Source of the DNA: a virus
Lineage: Duplodnaviria; Caudoviricetes
DNA: 59,352 nt
IMG/VR virus record: IMGVR_UViG_3300037041_001560
Span: 1 to 59,352 of that record
Direction: 5' to 3' (one strand)
Shown: positions 57,248 to 59,352 of the stretch, one piece after another
Layout of the letters: every line of letters starts with the position of its first letter
Position numbering within the stretch: the first letter of the stretch is position 1
Position numbers and translations under genes: made by a program
Notes under the pieces: model-generated
Told to the model about the DNA's origin: nothing
Seen by the model: only the letters and a program-made list of their open reading frames with translations
Databases searched by the model: none

Positions 57248-57328
57248 GTCTCCACGAAATATTGTGCAAAAATATTTGGATGGTAGTACTTCCCCACCAT
57301 ATATTTGCGTTACCTAAATCATTAACAT

Positions 57329-58021
57329 ATGAACTTGAAAGAACTACTCAAGAAAGGAGAACCCATTTTTAAGAAGATTGATACGCTGATTGAGGCCAAG
57401 GAGTATGATAAAGCGTTGGCTTTAATAGACAGCTCAGAACCGCCATCAGAATGGGTTATAGAGCTTCCCTCTAAATCAGTACCCGGCACTACTTACAAGA
57501 CGCTCCCTATTGATATTATGGAGGCTGCAATGCGTCGCATCTTCAAGGATGCGCATATTTCTGAAATAAAGGCTCCCATTATTTCCCAAGACAAAGGAAA
57601 ATTCGCAGTAACCGTCTGTATTAGCTACTCATATAGGTCGTTACACGAGCTAGAGTGCGATAAAGAGATTTATGGCATAGCTACCGTGGTTTCCCCGGAC
57701 ATATCAATGCTAGAACTCGCTTCTCCTAAGGCATCTACAATGGCTGTAAAGAATGCAATCAAGCAATTGGGTGGATTATTTGGAAAATATCTAAACCGAG
57801 CCGCAGAAGATGTCGATTTACCACTTGAATCAGCAGAAGTAGTGCTTACTCCAGAAGAATTGGCCGAAGATTTGACCTTAAAAATCAAGAAATGCGTCAA
57901 TTATGACGAGCTTAGGACCTACAGACTAGTGATATATGATAAAAAAATGCCATTTGAACTGCAAAATCTGTATGAAACACGTTTAAGAGAGCTTGCAAAC
58001 ACCGCAAAATCTATTGGATAA
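57329..58021 (+). CDS. Rad52/Sak-like single-strand annealing protein
   Basis: LPI...LRRIF-like, VTV, AVKNAIKQLGGLFGKYLNR; upstream of exonuclease. Confidence 0.65.
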   Translation: MNLKELLKKGEPIFKKIDTLIEAKEYDKALALIDSSEPPSEWVIELPSKSVPGTTYKTLPIDIMEAAMRRIFKDAHISEIKAPIISQDKGKFAVTVCISYSYRSLHELECDKEIYGIATVVSPDISMLELASPKASTMAVKNAIKQLGGLFGKYLNRAAEDVDLPLESAEVVLTPEELAEDLTLKIKKCVNYDELRTYRLVIYDKKMPFELQNLYETRLRELANTAKSIG

Positions 58022-58032
58022 CCTAAAAAACA

Positions 58033-58899
58033 ATGAAAATGGAAAATAATAACTTTTACAACTGGGATAATGCCTTCGTTAGGTGCAGCTGCATTGGTAA
58101 AATTATGGCGAATGGTCGCGGAGCTGTGTTAACAGAAAAGCAAGCAATCGAAATCGAGCGATTAACTCTTCTCGAAAAGAGAACTGATAAGCAAGAAGAA
58201 ACACTTCAACATTTACTTGAGAAAAAGAATGCAATTCCCTCATTATCAGACACTTGCAAGTCTTATCTAAAGGAAATGTACATGTATTATAAGTACGGAA
58301 AAGAGTCAGTTGGTGGTTCTGAACGTAGTAGATACACGATAAAGGGACGTTCAGTTGAGGACGAATCAATAATGCTATTGAGTCGAATTGATAATGCCGT
58401 TTATTCCAAGAATCAGGACCGATTCCAGAATGATTATCTGACCGGAGAACCAGATATTATTATCAGTTCCCAAAATGGTAACATAGAAAAGGTGATTGAC
58501 ATCAAATCTTCATGGGATGGAGCTAGTTTGCTGAGTAACATTGGTTCCCCACTCAACCCATTATACTTTTATCAAGTACAAGGATATATGGCTTTGACTG
58601 GTGCAAAAGAAGCTGAAGTAGTTTATGTTCTTGTTAATATGCCACAAGAAATCATAAATGGAGAGAAGAGCCGTATATTTAGGACTATGAATCCTGCAAC
58701 AGAAGAAAATGCAGATTATAAAAGGGTTATTGCCAGACTTGAAAACAATATGACCTTTGACGAAATACCAATCAATGAAAGAATAGTAAGATTCAAGGTT
58801 GAAAGAGACGAGGAACTAATAAACAACATTTACGACAGAGTAAAACAATGCCGTGAATGGCTTTCTGAATTCGAAAAAATACATTTAGGATATGCCTAA
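58033..58899 (+). CDS. YqaJ/lambda-type exonuclease
   Basis: RCSCIGKIM, KGRSVEDESI, LTGEPDI, DIKSSW, YFYQVQGYMALTG. Confidence 0.88.
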   Translation: MKMENNNFYNWDNAFVRCSCIGKIMANGRGAVLTEKQAIEIERLTLLEKRTDKQEETLQHLLEKKNAIPSLSDTCKSYLKEMYMYYKYGKESVGGSERSRYTIKGRSVEDESIMLLSRIDNAVYSKNQDRFQNDYLTGEPDIIISSQNGNIEKVIDIKSSWDGASLLSNIGSPLNPLYFYQVQGYMALTGAKEAEVVYVLVNMPQEIINGEKSRIFRTMNPATEENADYKRVIARLENNMTFDEIPINERIVRFKVERDEELINNIYDRVKQCREWLSEFEKIHLGYA

Positions 58900-59350
58900 G
58901 AAATACTTCTTTAACATCACACCTCAAACAAACATCCGGGCCACTCAAAATGACCGGATTTTTTTTCGTATACCCAAGGAGAAACTCTTCCCTTCTGGTC
59001 TAAGAAGAAGAAATCAACTGGAGAGGTATAACGAATACAAAGCTGACCTTAGAAATATTGCCAAGAAAAAAGGATTCACGTTTCCAGAACAAGGACTTGA
59101 GATAAATTTCTACATTCCAACTCCCAAGAGCTGGACCAAATACAAGAAAAAAGAACTGAATGGTGAGCTCCATCAACAACGTCCAGACCTTTCAAATTTG
59201 CTCAAAGCTGTAGAAGATGCGCTCTTAGAGGAAGATAAAAAAATCGCGCACTACCACTCGATTTCTAAGAGATGGGTGAACAGTTCCCACGGATACATTG
59301 AGTTCATAGTCCACTCCCCCACATTTCCAAGTAAAGACAACTTGATGTAG
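58892..59350 (+). CDS. rusA: RusA-like Holliday junction resolvase
   Basis: FYIPTPKSW, HQQRPDLSNLLKAVEDAL.EEDKKI, KRW. Confidence 0.88.
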   Translation: MPKKYFFNITPQTNIRATQNDRIFFRIPKEKLFPSGLRRRNQLERYNEYKADLRNIAKKKGFTFPEQGLEINFYIPTPKSWTKYKKKELNGELHQQRPDLSNLLKAVEDALLEEDKKIAHYHSISKRWVNSSHGYIEFIVHSPTFPSKDNLM

Positions 59351-59352
59351 TA

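Noticed and set aside
1-59352. Exact circular closure of the window ends
   Set aside because: No terminal overlap seen; joining ends would run the base-1 ORF antisense into rusA, so some sequence is probably missing
1-59352. Stop-codon reassignment as in some crAss-like phages
   Set aside because: Standard code gives long intact ORFs with dense coverage; TAG and TGA both act as stops; no suppressor tRNA seen

Overview
The window is a near-complete ~59 kb tailed phage genome, most likely a podovirus-type phage of a Bacteroidota host (TAnnTTTG promoters, A-rich non-SD leaders, crAss/Cellulophaga-like head and tail genes). Left end (minus strand): primase-helicase, replication initiator with iteron-like repeats, HNH-like protein, then a plus-strand LuxR-type HTH. 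Plus strand 5.5-51.8 kb: four glycosyltransferases, small basic proteins, terminase, portal, ferritin-like protein, scaffold, major capsid, fibre/decoration and tail ring proteins, GroES, muzzle, three ejection proteins (one of 2998 aa), a fibre module, lysis cassette and a UDP-glucuronate decarboxylase, with three free-standing GIY-YIG endonucleases. A minus-strand cassette of small early genes (51.9-56.4 kb), a non-coding control region (56.4-57.3 kb) and SSAP/exonuclease/RusA close the window. I recognised no DNA polymerase, RNA polymerase, integrase, tRNA or CRISPR. Best leads: a strongly over-represented genome-wide 7-mer (GGGAAGT/ACTTCCC), a fibre module whose three proteins all carry signal peptides, candidate sRNAs antisense to start codons, a shared K-I/V-K-V/L-K motif in small basic proteins, a six-copy ~80 aa domain family, and an HhH-glycosylase-like domain in the giant ejection protein. 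All assignments are from motif recognition by eye; no searches were run.
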